Shown here: piece by piece, positions 31,263-42,127 of the stretch
Position numbering within the stretch: the stretch's first letter is position 1
Layout: each line of letters opens with the position of its first letter
NCBI GenBank assembly: GCA_965262115.1
Contig: OZ253496.1
Span: 1,120,001-1,184,000, forward strand
Source: Nitrospinales bacterium
GTDB taxonomy: Bacteria; Nitrospinota; Nitrospinia; Nitrospinales; VA-1
Length of the DNA: 64,000 nt
Reading direction: 5' to 3'
Notes under the pieces: generated by a model
Seen by the model: only the letters and a program-made list of their open reading frames with translations
Told to the model about the DNA's origin: nothing
The model's database searches: none
Position numbers and translations under genes: made by a program

Positions 31263-32995
31263 AGTTTAAAGGAACGGCCCTGATGGCGGCTGTCTTCCTG
31301 AGTCTCGTTCTTTATTATTTTTTCGTTGACCTGCCCGCCGAACAAAAAGAAAAAATCGAAAAAGAGTACGCCGAAAAACTCCTTCCCCTTGAAATGGAAA
31401 AAGTGGTTGAGTTTTCTCTGACTGGCAATAGCGAACCTATAGCCTTAAAGCGCAAAGCTCCGTATAAATGGGATATCATCCGCCCCCTTTCGGCATCCGG
31501 CGACTCACCCGAAGCAGAGGCCTTTATATCAGAAATCGAAAACCTTAAAAAAACCCGGGTGGTGGAAGAAAACCCTAAGGACCTCTCCATTTATGGTCTG
31601 AGTCCCCCAACCCTTAAAATCTATTTCAAATTTGAAAATAAAAATGAGGAAACTTTGTTAATAGGGAACGAAAGCCCTCTGGGGGACCATCTCTACTTCA
31701 AGCGAGAAAACCATCCTGCCGTGATGATGGCTGCTTCATCCCGGTCCCGTTTTGAAAAATCCGTTTACAGTTTTCGCGACAAAACCCTGCTCAACTTCAA
31801 TACGGGTTCCATCCAACGAATACAAATCCTCAGAGAGAAAAATCCTCTGGAATTCAAAAAAACGGGTGCGGTCTGGGAAATATCAGGAGATATTCGTGCC
31901 CGGGGAGACAAGGATGCCATCATGAATTTTCTCCAGGCCATTCAATTTTCCAGAGTCCGTGAGTTTGTCGATGAAAACCCGGACTCTCTCAAATCCTATG
32001 GTCTGAATCCGCCAGCACTGAAACTCACTTTAGAAAATGAAAAAGGTGAGGCCCACACACTTTCTCTAGGCAACCCCCGGGAAGGAAAAGGCTATTTCGG
32101 CAAAATCAATGATTCTCAAAATATCGTATTGGCAGACACCCGGCTTTTTGAAACACTTTCCCAAAAAACCGTGGAGTTTCTTGATAAAACATTGCTGGCG
32201 TTTGATGAAAAAGAAATTCTTGAACTGTCACTGCAATCCGAAAATGAAACCATCCGCGTGGTTCGTGGCGAAAGCGATGGTTGGGACATTCAAAGCCCAA
32301 TAAAAACCACCGCCGACCTGTTCACCGTTAACAGCCTGCTTTTTGATCTCAAAGAAACCCAGATCAGCACATTCATAAAAATCTCTCTAGAGACCCCCGA
32401 ATCGTTTGGCTTGGACACTTCCCGAAAATCTTTTAGCCTGAAAATGAAAGACTCAAAAATATGGACCCTGCAATTGGGCAATCAATCCACCAATGGCCAA
32501 CAGGTATTCGCCCAACGAACCGGCGAGCCAACCGTATTTTCAATTTCCAAAGAAGTGGTCGATAAATTATTTCGCAGTCTTCACGATTTAAGAAATAAAA
32601 AACTACTGAAATTCGAAAGTGCCGAAGTGAATAAAATTTTGATCCAAACCCCTGAAAGCCTCTTTGAGTTGAGAAAAAGTGGACCCCAATGGAATCTCGA
32701 GAAACCCGAAAAAATTAAGACCGAGCATATCGGCAACGATCTGATCTGGATCCTGAAAGGGTTGGAGTTTAGCTCTATTATCACCCCACCCCTGTCCGCC
32801 AATCTCTCAGGGCTGGACTCGCCCTTATTCACCATCCGCCTTTTCAAGCATAACGAGGTTGCCGCCTTAAAGGTCGGCAAACTTTTTGAGCCAGAGCAGG
32901 AATATCTCGTTGAAACTGGAAACCGGCAATATCGGGTTAAAAATAAATTCCTCGACACCATCCCCTTGAACCTGGACAAATTCAAGCTTAAATAG
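31259..32995 (+). CDS. DUF4340 repeat protein
   Basis: N-terminal TM; three repeats with (Y/F)GLxxP motifs and FRDKTLL-type linkers; operon context. Confidence 0.82.
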   Translation: MKFKGTALMAAVFLSLVLYYFFVDLPAEQKEKIEKEYAEKLLPLEMEKVVEFSLTGNSEPIALKRKAPYKWDIIRPLSASGDSPEAEAFISEIENLKKTRVVEENPKDLSIYGLSPPTLKIYFKFENKNEETLLIGNESPLGDHLYFKRENHPAVMMAASSRSRFEKSVYSFRDKTLLNFNTGSIQRIQILREKNPLEFKKTGAVWEISGDIRARGDKDAIMNFLQAIQFSRVREFVDENPDSLKSYGLNPPALKLTLENEKGEAHTLSLGNPREGKGYFGKINDSQNIVLADTRLFETLSQKTVEFLDKTLLAFDEKEILELSLQSENETIRVVRGESDGWDIQSPIKTTADLFTVNSLLFDLKETQISTFIKISLETPESFGLDTSRKSFSLKMKDSKIWTLQLGNQSTNGQQVFAQRTGEPTVFSISKEVVDKLFRSLHDLRNKKLLKFESAEVNKILIQTPESLFELRKSGPQWNLEKPEKIKTEHIGNDLIWILKGLEFSSIITPPLSANLSGLDSPLFTIRLFKHNEVAALKVGKLFEPEQEYLVETGNRQYRVKNKFLDTIPLNLDKFKLK

Positions 32996-33040
32996 ACATT
33001 TTTTGAACAATGTGAACCAGAAAAGATCTGGTTTATAGCC

Positions 33041-33087
33041 CCACACTATATTGTATATTATTATCTAAACCATACATTATATGGTGG
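33041..33087. promoter_or_regulatory. NrdR-box pair 1
   Basis: CCACACTATATTGTAT (33041) and ATACATTATATGGTGG (33072), 31 bp apart. Confidence 0.6.
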
Positions 33088-33187
33088 CCAATGAACCAAA
33101 CGCCCAAAAACCGGTTTTTTTTCACCAAATAAACATATGTAAACAAATGACTTGTGCGTTTTTTGGCAATTTTTTTCAAATTAATGC

Positions 33188-33241
33188 TTGACAGGTACTA
33201 TATGTAGTGGTACTTTTTCGGAAGCATACAATATAAAGGAA
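33188..33241 (+). promoter_or_regulatory. Sigma70 promoter overlapped by NrdR-box pair 2
   Basis: TTGACA-N17-TACTTT; GTACTATATGTAGTGG (33195) and ATACAATATAAAGGAA (33226), 31 bp apart. Confidence 0.68.
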
Positions 33242-33374
33242 CTGCTTATTAGGTTTTGGCACTGCAAAAGGTGCCTGATCGGGTTCCGAGTCCGGTTTTC
33301 CCGGAAGAAAGATGAATTGAGAGTTGTTACAGATCTTCCAACGGTGGGTTACTAGAAAAGCGGGTTCCATAGCA

Positions 33375-33620
33375 ATGAATGAGATGCATCCCAAATTTGA
33401 TTTTTTGAAAACAACCAGCTGGATGCGTGCCAGTCTCAAACCCCTTCCCAAACCCCCAAATGTATTGAGCGCCAGCCGAATCCTCCGTTCAGTCTCGGTA
33501 GATGAATTCCATCCAATTGGCGTAGTATGGAACCTCTTTTTAACGCCGGGTTTAGCCCGGAAAAATAGTAACCCGCCTCCTTTCTTTAAAAGGACGCGCC
33601 CCGCCTTTTCGTGAGTTTGC
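33375..33620 (+). pseudogene. Possible TSCPD/NrdJ C-terminal-like remnant
   Basis: Fragments PKPPNVLSASRI and, across frameshifts, LFNAGFSPEK/IVTRLLSLKGRA, downstream of the NrdR boxes. Confidence 0.35.
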
Positions 33621-33798
33621 AGGTATTGATAGTATTTGCCTCCATGTCAAGGACGGTTGATTGAAGGATCTATTCTAAGATTTAAGATTTCACTCGGGAA
33701 AGGCGGGGCGTTAACCCTCTTTCCCGTTTTTTTGCCTTGGGTTAATTTTAATCGCTTTCCTCCCCCCGCTTGTTTATAATCCTTTCCGAAAACCAATT

Positions 33799-34263
33799 AT
33801 GGAAACCATTGTGAACAAAACCGACCAGGTCCCCGTCCCCTGCAAGGGTGAATATCTTCCCCAGTATGCGCACAAAGGCGATGCCGGTGCTGACTTGCAA
33901 GCTGTAGAAACCCGGGTCATTGCTCCCCGAGGTCGGGAGCTGATTGCTACGGGAACCCGACTAGAGCTCCCGGAAGGTTATGCCGGTCTGATCTGGCCGC
34001 GCAGCGGACCTGCGGTTAAGCTGGGGCTCGATTGCGGTGCCGGAGTGATTGACTCACATTATCGAGGCGAGATAAAAGTTCTTCTCTTCAACCATTCCAA
34101 TGATGAAATCCGTATCCAGTCGGGAGACCGTATCGCCCAGTTGATCATCCAAAAAGTAGAAACGGTTAAGTTCATACTGAGCGACCATTTGAGTGAAACG
34201 GCCCGAAACACTGCGGGTTTTGGATCAACGGGAGATCTGCCTGTTGCGAATTCCGGTCAATAA
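33799..34263 (+). CDS. dut: dUTP diphosphatase
   Basis: AGADL, PRSG, GVIDSHYRGE, RIAQL and R...GFGSTG motifs. Confidence 0.93.
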   Translation: METIVNKTDQVPVPCKGEYLPQYAHKGDAGADLQAVETRVIAPRGRELIATGTRLELPEGYAGLIWPRSGPAVKLGLDCGAGVIDSHYRGEIKVLLFNHSNDEIRIQSGDRIAQLIIQKVETVKFILSDHLSETARNTAGFGSTGDLPVANSGQ

Positions 34264-34570
34264 TTCCACCCTTCAGCTTGAACAGGGGGATATCACCAAA
34301 GCTCTGCCGATGCCATCGTTAATGCCGCAATCAAAAGTCCACATACGGCGCATGGAAGAAAAAGAACTAAAGTCTATAGCCTTTCCCGCTATCAGCACCG
34401 GCATATTCGGATTTCCGCTTGAACTTGCGACAGAGACCCTCCTCAAAACAGTCCGGCAATACCTTTCCCGGAAAACCGGAATTCAAACTGTGATATTTAT
34501 CCTGTTCGACATAGAAACCTTCAATGTTTTCAAAGGCAGGCTGACTTTTCTTGAAAAAGGGGAAATCTGA
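34244..34570 (+). pseudogene. Macro domain (O-acetyl-ADP-ribose deacetylase-like), frameshifted and internally deleted
   Basis: QGDITK/(shift)ADAIVNAA joined almost directly to SIAFPAISTGIFGFP; the GGGV segment is missing. Confidence 0.75.
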
Positions 34571-34640
34571 TTGACCCCATGACCATGAAATCAGATATAA
34601 TAAGGAATGTACTTCCAAACATTATTTTTGTGAGCATCGC

Positions 34641-35321
34641 ATGGGATTACTAGCCTGGATACAAAAACAATTTGGCATTCCAATGAATGAAGAAAACGAA
34701 AGCATCCGGGAATCTACGCCTGCAAAAGAAGGGCAGTTCAGGGTGCTTCGCATACAGCCAACTCCCAACCCGGACGCCTTTCAGTTTATTATAAACGGCA
34801 AGGTCATTGAGGCTGGCACGAAAACTTTCGACTCTCCCGATGATGTCGGGGATGACCCAATGGCCAAAACCTTGTTTGATATTTTCGGAATACAAAGTAT
34901 TTATATCAAAGAAAACTTTGTCACCGTTACCAAGTCCAATGCCGTGGGGTGGCACACGATCATGGAAAAAATCGGCACCGCAATAGAAGCCCATTTGCAC
35001 TATTACGAAAAAGGCGATGACGCAAAAGAGGATCAAGACGTTCATCCGGTATTGGAAGATTTCAACAAGGAAGATTTTTTCAATTACAACGACGATCGAA
35101 AGGCCGAGGTGATCAACGCCCTGCTGGATGTAGCCATTCGCCCTGCTCTGGCAAATGATGGTGGGGGCATCAATCTGCTATCGGTGGAAGATAAGACCAT
35201 TAAAGTTCACTATCAGGGAGCCTGCGGCAGTTGCCCCAGCTCAACCACCGGAACCCTGCAATACATCGAACAATTCCTGAAAGAAGCCATTCACCCCGAT
35301 GTCGAAGTCGAGGCAAGCTGA
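34641..35321 (+). CDS. Nfu/NifU-like Fe-S carrier
   Basis: PTPNPDAFQF N-terminal domain; IRPALANDGG...GACGSCPSS. Confidence 0.92.
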   Translation: MGLLAWIQKQFGIPMNEENESIRESTPAKEGQFRVLRIQPTPNPDAFQFIINGKVIEAGTKTFDSPDDVGDDPMAKTLFDIFGIQSIYIKENFVTVTKSNAVGWHTIMEKIGTAIEAHLHYYEKGDDAKEDQDVHPVLEDFNKEDFFNYNDDRKAEVINALLDVAIRPALANDGGGINLLSVEDKTIKVHYQGACGSCPSSTTGTLQYIEQFLKEAIHPDVEVEAS

Positions 35322-35692
35322 CCGGCCTACCCGGCACTTCGGATTCCTTCGCGGCTCACTCTTCGCCAGAGAAGCAACCACTGTATCTTTCAACCGCAGA
35401 CAATATTCTTTGAGCACAATCTGGTTGGTTCTATTCCCCCACGGCTTACCAAATATATCAAGGGGTCGTATCTTTAGGGCACGGTCTCTTTTTCTTTGCG
35501 CAGGCCCTATGCGGACAAATTATTTAAAGCAGGAACGTTATTCATTCATCTTCGTATTCATCCATTTTATCAAAGTCTCAATGCTCTTGTACTTTCCTCA
35601 TTAAACTGGTAGAATCCGATAAGGGAGTAAACTAAGAATTGTTAAAATGGTACTCAAGTTTTACTAATCTTGTCATAGCCTCAGGAGGAAAG

Positions 35693-36607
35693 ATGCGAAA
35701 TAGAACGTGTCGGAAATTAGTATGCCTTATGGCTGGGATGGCCTTCCTGCTTATTTCCGGTCAAGCATTGGCTAAGGATGGGTGGTACATGGCGATGGAC
35801 TTGGGCGTGGCTGTCGAGCCGGGTCTGGACACTCGCACCTCAGATAATGATTTCCCGACCCTATGTGATCAATTTATCGATCCAAATGCAGTTTGCACTA
35901 CTCTTTCTAATGAGAAATGGACGAACAAGTTTGACGGGGGCACCGGGGTCTTGGCGGGGTTGGCTCTGGGGTATCGCTGGCGGAACTTCAGAATCGAGGG
36001 GGAATATTTCTATCGCAACGCGACCCATGATAACGCGAGCGAGCCGAGCTTCGGCGGTGTGAACCTAAAGACTTTAGAGGAAATTAGTGAATCCGAAGAG
36101 GCGATTGATGACGTGTTATCGCACAACTTCTTCACCAACCTGTACTACGATTTCACCTCAGACTCAAAGTGGACACCGTATCTGGGGGTTGGTGTGGGCT
36201 TTGCGCAGGTCTCGCTTGATTACTTTAGCCGCTTTACACGGTCGAGCGACCCCGGCGATATTAGCACATTCGACAATGTAGGAGGAATTAGCAACGCCGA
36301 CCGCGATGCTCTGAATGGGCGCCTGGCCGGCACGACCACCATCGGCAGGAGTAAGCTCTCGGATACGTTGTTCGGATATCAAGCGATTGCCGGCGTCGAT
36401 TATCGGATCAGTGAACCGGTTACCATCGGTCTCAAGTTCCGGTGGGTGGATTTCGGAGAGTTCGAGGATGACGATGAGTATAGACAGCTCCGCAGTCACG
36501 ATTCCACCAATTCTCCCGATCCTGGCAGTGCTCGTGTGCGATACCAGGTCGCGACGGACGACATCGAATTCTGGGGTTTGAGCCTCAACATGAAGTATCA
36601 TTTCTAA
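35693..36607 (+). CDS. Outer-membrane beta-barrel protein (opacity/P44-Msp2-like)
   Basis: Signal peptide; FRIEGEY, NLYYDF, PYLGVGVG, FGYQAIAG; terminal YHF; AGGAGG RBS. Confidence 0.85.
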   Translation: MRNRTCRKLVCLMAGMAFLLISGQALAKDGWYMAMDLGVAVEPGLDTRTSDNDFPTLCDQFIDPNAVCTTLSNEKWTNKFDGGTGVLAGLALGYRWRNFRIEGEYFYRNATHDNASEPSFGGVNLKTLEEISESEEAIDDVLSHNFFTNLYYDFTSDSKWTPYLGVGVGFAQVSLDYFSRFTRSSDPGDISTFDNVGGISNADRDALNGRLAGTTTIGRSKLSDTLFGYQAIAGVDYRISEPVTIGLKFRWVDFGEFEDDDEYRQLRSHDSTNSPDPGSARVRYQVATDDIEFWGLSLNMKYHF

Positions 36608-36866
36608 GTCGGGTGGACCTTGCGGTCCCTGCTGGTCAAAAAGTATTTGATGCCGTTATCTTTGCATCTCAGGTCACCGTGTGGGGCGCCATTGACTCTG
36701 TGGCTAGTGCAGGACAAACAATGCAGGTGACCCCAGGCAAAACTCCCGTCGGCCAACTTCTTTGGCCGCTCGCGTGATGGATCGAGGATGTAAATGATGG
36801 CGGCCTGGAGAATGTTTTAGATGAAATGCCTGGCCCTGGCGTACCACACAACCCCCTGTAATAAAA

Positions 36867-38528
36867 TCAGCGGAATTCTTCCGCCTGGTAGCGGAGAAGG
36901 GTGATTTCCTGAATCTGTTCAAAATGACTTTCGTCTCCAGACAAAACCACATTTTTATTAGTTCTCAAGTAATAAAAATTTTCCACCAACCACCTTGATT
37001 TAATAATACGAGGAACCAGTTTAAACCACAAAATATTTATCGAAGCTCTGTCGGTACTCACATTCATTTCGACCCCGATGCGGCTGCCATTTTCTAAAGT
37101 TAATTTGATTTGAGACAGATCGTCTCGAGTTAGAAATTGTTTTACTTTTTCGGATTGGTTTTTTAGCTTCAAAACCAAAGGTTCTACTTTCCCCACAAAA
37201 ACAGGCGGAAGACTTTCAGGCGGGGGAATAAACTTTGACCATACCAGTGGGCCAGGATAAAAAATCAGCACATTCCCACTTTCCAAATGATGGGAATGTT
37301 CATCCGGTCGATAATTCCTTTAACTTCGCAATAATCTGCGAAGGAATTAAATTGCTGTAAAAGCCACTCATTAAAAATCGCACCTCCCCAACCAGGTTCA
37401 TAACAGGCCAAACAAGAAGTGCCATTAAAATAATATTTCTCAGAGCAGAAAAATAACTTTTACCCGCCATGCGTTTTTGTGTCCAATTATATATATTGTT
37501 AATCGCATAGAGACCGAAAAAATAACAGGCCGACATGACCTGGAAAAGGTAACGGATCTGATAATCCCAATTGACAAAAGTAATAAATGCCAGAAACCCC
37601 ACAAACCAGCCCCATACAACCATGCCTTTCCATTCCATGCCCTTGAAGCAAGAACAAAGTCCAAGAACCATCAGCATAAACCATGATGTATTTCCAGAAA
37701 TGAAAAATTCGCCAGGAAATCAAATTCGAGCAATACACGGGTTTCGTAATCAAGGCGAAGAAAAAAAGGAGCGTAGGCCATTGACAAATCTTTCCAGGTC
37801 CATCCATATTTAGGAGCAAAAGATATCAGGCTTGCCAGCAAATAAAACCCAACAGATATCAAAGCGACTAAATATATAGATTTGCTTTTAAAAACATCTG
37901 CCCATCTCATTTTTTCATGGGTCCTTAAAACCAGCACCTCCGCCAAGCTAATTATCAACGGAAACACAACAAGACTGTATTTTATGGTCATGCCTAGCCC
38001 ACTGAGCAAACAAACCAATATGAAGTTTTTTCAGCAGGGATTTTTGCGGTAGCAGAAATAGGATCGCATTGCCAGCACCAGCATCAGGGAACAGGGCATA
38101 TCCACCATCGGCTCAAAAGAATAAACCAGAAAACCAGGCTGGATCAGCAGCAGCAAAGCCCCAAGGGCCGCCAACTCCCGAGGAAATAAAGATTTCAGAA
38201 GCAGATAACTTGAGCCAATAAATACAAAAGAAATTATCAGGGCAATAAAATGCGCCGTTTTGATAACCGCCTGGGGGGAGACTCCCAAATATTGCAAAGC
38301 TGCTACGGGAGTTAGCAAAAACGAGTATAAAGGAGGACGGGTATTTAATTCCGGTTCTTCATAATGGGAGAAGCCAGCATTATAATTGGCCATCCCTAGA
38401 TAGGAATAACTATCGTAATTGCTGATTTCTAATTTCATGATGAAAGCCACCATGAACAGGAAAAGTCCCGCAAAAGCCAGCTTGAATAAAATCGAAACGG
38501 GTTTATCCTTCCAACGGCTCAATTCCAT
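36867..38528 (-). pseudogene. GT39/PMT-like membrane glycosyltransferase in four pieces
   Basis: YDSYSY...RPPLYS, EPMVD and GMTIKY motifs; in-frame TGA at 38031-38033 and frame changes near 37675 and 37295. Confidence 0.7.
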
Positions 38529-38761
38529 ATGGTAGCTACCCCATGCACTTATTTATAAATTCAACTTTTCCGCCAAAAAAAATTCCTTTTATATTTTTAT
38601 CATCAAATTCAGCAAGGTGGGGAAATAAAGAAGAGGTTCAAGCTTGTTTAAAACCTATAAGCTGGCGGGAAACCGTCCGGTTTCTAATTAAAAACCATGG
38701 ACAGCCTTACTGGGATGACCTTGGCTTGCAGGCCGCACGAGTGAATCGATTGACTTTTAGA

Positions 38762-39910
38762 TCAATCACCCACATCTGGTGAATAAAGGTTTTTATGTTC
38801 GTTGATGGCATAGCGGTCCGTCATACCAGAGACATAGTCGCAAATCCGGCGCTCCAGGGAACCCCATTGCGAATTTTTCTGGACCGGTTCAGGAAGAAGC
38901 CCGGGCATTTTTGTATAGGCCTCAAAGATTCCTTCCAGCGTCAACTCGGCTTTAAACTCCATGCGTAAAACTTTGCGGTGGGAATACATATTTTTATGCA
39001 GGAACTGTTTTAACTCTTTATTTTTTTCAGCGACCTCTTTTCCAAACGCCGCAATACGAATGGGTGCATGACGCACATCATCCACCTTGCCGACCTGGTA
39101 ATGTTCAAGGTTCTTCAACGTAGCCTGGCGAAAGTCGCTGACAAGATCGTTGATGATGCATCGAACCACCTGGTATTTTTTCAGCCTGAAGTCCAGCCCC
39201 GTATATTTCTCGTCGAACCTTTTTTCATTCTCTTGCCAGAGCGCCACTTTCCTTAGCTGATCGAGATCAAGCAACTGTGAAGTAATCCCGTCATCCAGAT
39301 CATGCGCATTGTAGGCAATGCCATCGGCAAAATCAGCAACCTGGGCTTCTAGAGAAGGAAAGCGAACTGCTTCATCAGAGGTGATCGGGTTCTCTTCGTC
39401 TTGAGCATGTTTGCTGATCCCCTCCATAACCTCCCAGGTCAGGTTGAGTCCATCGAACTCTGGATAACGTTTTTCAAGCAGTTTTACAATTCTCAAGCTC
39501 TGTTTGTTATGCTCAAAACCGCCATGCCCTTTCATCAACCGGTTCAATACATTCTGCCCTGTGTGTCCGAAAGGAGGATGGCCCAAGTCGTGAGACAGGG
39601 CAACCGCTTCCGCAAGGTCTTCATTAAGTTGCAGGGATTTACAAATGGAGCGCGCAATTTGCGCAACTTCAAGGGAATGGGTAAGCCGGGTCCGGTAGTA
39701 GTCGCCTTCGTGGTAGACAAAAACCTGGGTTTTATATTCCAGCCTTCTGAATGCAGAGGTGTGGATGATGCGATCGCGGTCCCTTTGAAATCGGGTGCGG
39801 TAGAGGTGCTCCTCTTCCTGATGCTGACGTCCTTCACTTTCCCCGCTTTTCATCGCGTAGGGAGCCAGGGAGCTGGTTTCAATTTTTTCCAGATCTTGCC
39901 GCTTGATCAA
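38762..39910 (-). CDS. dgt: dGTP triphosphohydrolase
   Basis: FQRDRDRIIH, RTRLTHSLEV, HDLGHPPFGH and DYVSGMTD motifs. Confidence 0.95.
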   Translation of the reverse strand: MIKRQDLEKIETSSLAPYAMKSGESEGRQHQEEEHLYRTRFQRDRDRIIHTSAFRRLEYKTQVFVYHEGDYYRTRLTHSLEVAQIARSICKSLQLNEDLAEAVALSHDLGHPPFGHTGQNVLNRLMKGHGGFEHNKQSLRIVKLLEKRYPEFDGLNLTWEVMEGISKHAQDEENPITSDEAVRFPSLEAQVADFADGIAYNAHDLDDGITSQLLDLDQLRKVALWQENEKRFDEKYTGLDFRLKKYQVVRCIINDLVSDFRQATLKNLEHYQVGKVDDVRHAPIRIAAFGKEVAEKNKELKQFLHKNMYSHRKVLRMEFKAELTLEGIFEAYTKMPGLLPEPVQKNSQWGSLERRICDYVSGMTDRYAINEHKNLYSPDVGD

Positions 39911-40086
39911 AATGTGACCTGAGTTCTAGCGGATTTCCTCCGCAGGCCAGCGTGACGCTGGACATAATGAAAATAGCTGCCGGCGAGCAAAAGTGATCTC
40001 GGCGCAACGAGCCATTGCTCATTACCTCCCTGTGTGAAAATCTTCCGTAGCTGTGATGACCTCTTAAACTTCATGCCCCGCGGGTA

Positions 40087-40758
40087 CTAAAGGGTCAAAT
40101 CATCGGCAAGCTGATCCCAATCTGTTTCTTCGATTTCTTCTTGGGTGATGGGGCCCAAAACCTGGAACCTCTCCATTTCGTCCGGACTCAGGACAAGTTC
40201 CTGGAAAGTAATTTCATCCCCCTCCTTAAAACCGGCTTCTATCATGGCAAGCCTTTCCTGAACTTCTTGACCCATATCGACTGTTGCATCTCCGGAACCA
40301 CCATCTTGTTGGAGCTGCAATGCCTCAAACACCTGATCAAAGTTTTGAATGATGGTATCTCCCACCTCTCCAAACTCGCTGTTGACCGACCTGAAATATT
40401 CCCGATAGAGGTCATAATGGATAAATCGGTATTGGCTGATCTTGTTCGCTTCCAGATAGTCTTCGGATGCCAGACGGTACTGGCCCTCCTTGATATAAAT
40501 CCTGCCCCGGAAAACCCGGGCAAGAAAATGACTGGGGTTTAAACTCAATACCATATTCAGGTTTAGCAAAGCTATGGCCGGTTTTTTTTCATTCATGCTG
40601 GAAAGCGCTTGGTTGAAATGCCGACGCACCTCCGGATTCTTATTTTCAAGGAAACGGAGCATGGGCTCAAAAACGGGAAAGATAAATTCCCCGAGCTTGA
40701 ATTGGGTAAGGCTAATTAAATGGCTGATTTTTTTAAGCTTCACAAAAACCCCATACAT
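40087..40758 (-). CDS. TPR-containing protein with acidic C-terminus
   Basis: LSLNPSHFLARVFRGRIY TPR-like segment. Confidence 0.7.
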   Translation of the reverse strand: MYGVFVKLKKISHLISLTQFKLGEFIFPVFEPMLRFLENKNPEVRRHFNQALSSMNEKKPAIALLNLNMVLSLNPSHFLARVFRGRIYIKEGQYRLASEDYLEANKISQYRFIHYDLYREYFRSVNSEFGEVGDTIIQNFDQVFEALQLQQDGGSGDATVDMGQEVQERLAMIEAGFKEGDEITFQELVLSPDEMERFQVLGPITQEEIEETDWDQLADDLTL

Positions 40759-41098
40759 TGCAAAACCTTGAGAACGTCAAAACGCCCTGGTTTTTTTAAG
40801 CCTATTCATCTTATGGATGGCTGATTCTAACCAAAATCGCGACAAGCGTCAACCTTCAAGAAAAACTGCGCAAAGCCACCAATATAATCACATAATAAAT
40901 AATGACTTCCAGAGCCCACTGGAGGTTTTTGGCTTTCCTGATGTTACCCGAAGCTCTCCTAAAAAGTAAAAAGTGAGCTTTTACCCCGAATCGGTCCGTC
41001 CTGCAGATCCCCTAGGTAAAAACGGAAAATCTTCGCCTGAAAACTTATAATCATTTATTTTTCTTGACGTTAGAGGTTTTTTGATATATTTTTCTAGT

Positions 41099-41782
41099 GT
41101 GCAATGTCCTGATTGTGGTTACATTTCATTTAAACAGGCAAAGGCTTGCAGCAGTTGTGGTTTTGATTTCAAGAAAGCCGCCGCCTCGACAGCATCTCTT
41201 TTCCGCAATGATTCTTTTACTATTTTTAGCGCCCCCGCAAAAGAAGAGGAATCATCAGGTGCACCCACTGCCCAAGCCGGGGAAGAGGTCGCCGTTGTAG
41301 ACCCGCCCGACGGTTCCCAGGAAACCCTGGAACCAGAGCCTGGAGAATTTCTTTTGAATTTACCGGATCCCGAAGAGGGTAGTTCTGATTCCCCAATAGA
41401 AGTTGGGCTGGATGAAGAACCTGTTTTAGAAATTACCCTGACCCCTGAAGAAGACATATCCACATTGAAAATCAACGGCTTAAATGATGCACCCTCCAGC
41501 GAGGACAAAGTCGATGTGGAAACGGAACCCGTGGCTCCGGTATTGGATCTTGGAGACGGCGAAATATCATTGGATCTGGACGAAGACCTCAAACCGGCAA
41601 GTCCCGCCGAGGAACCCTCTCCGCCACCGGCCCAGATTGATGAGTTAGAGATAAAGCTGGAAATTGATGATTCAGAAGGACCGCTCACTACAAAAAGCGA
41701 TGAAACCCCGGAGATTGAAATCGAAGGCTTGGGGCGTGAACTGGAAGGTTCGGACTCCCCACCTGATCCAGAAAAACCGTGA
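41099..41782 (+). CDS. Zn-ribbon protein with acidic, Pro-rich low-complexity tail
   Basis: CPDCGYISF...CSSCG followed by an E/D/P-rich region. Confidence 0.7.
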   Translation: MQCPDCGYISFKQAKACSSCGFDFKKAAASTASLFRNDSFTIFSAPAKEEESSGAPTAQAGEEVAVVDPPDGSQETLEPEPGEFLLNLPDPEEGSSDSPIEVGLDEEPVLEITLTPEEDISTLKINGLNDAPSSEDKVDVETEPVAPVLDLGDGEISLDLDEDLKPASPAEEPSPPPAQIDELEIKLEIDDSEGPLTTKSDETPEIEIEGLGRELEGSDSPPDPEKP

Positions 41783-42127
41783 CCCACAACCCCTCCTGAA
41801 CAGAAAAATTGGATTTTGGGACGAAATTCCTTTATAAAGTGGCATTCATGGCTAAGCATCAACCCCTGATGGGTAGGGTCTCCAGTTTGGTTTTTTTCTT
41901 CTAAATTCCAAGAACCGCGCACCCCACAGCTTACTTTTTCTCCCGGACTCTGATATTCAGGATAACCGCAATCAGTCATAAATTTGGCTGGTGGGGGGGG
42001 GGTTTCGAATGGGAAAAATAAGAAAGTGGGCAACGATTTTTTTTAGTCACAAGCAAGCATATTTTGGGGCCGGGAAAAATGGCCCCTTTAAATTTTATTG
42101 ACAACCCCAATCAGGAAAAACAACAGA

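Noticed and set aside
33245..33370. Cobalamin riboswitch in the leader after the NrdR boxes
   Set aside because: The conserved B12-box elements (GGGAA, GCCACTG, AGYCAGRAGACC) are not recognisable.
39927..40030. 29-aa ORF (MARCAEITF...) with a GGAGG site upstream of dgt
   Set aside because: No homology or motif support; may be chance or a remnant.
41119..42033. 304-aa minus-strand Ser-rich ORF
   Set aside because: Antisense shadow of the acidic Zn-ribbon gene.
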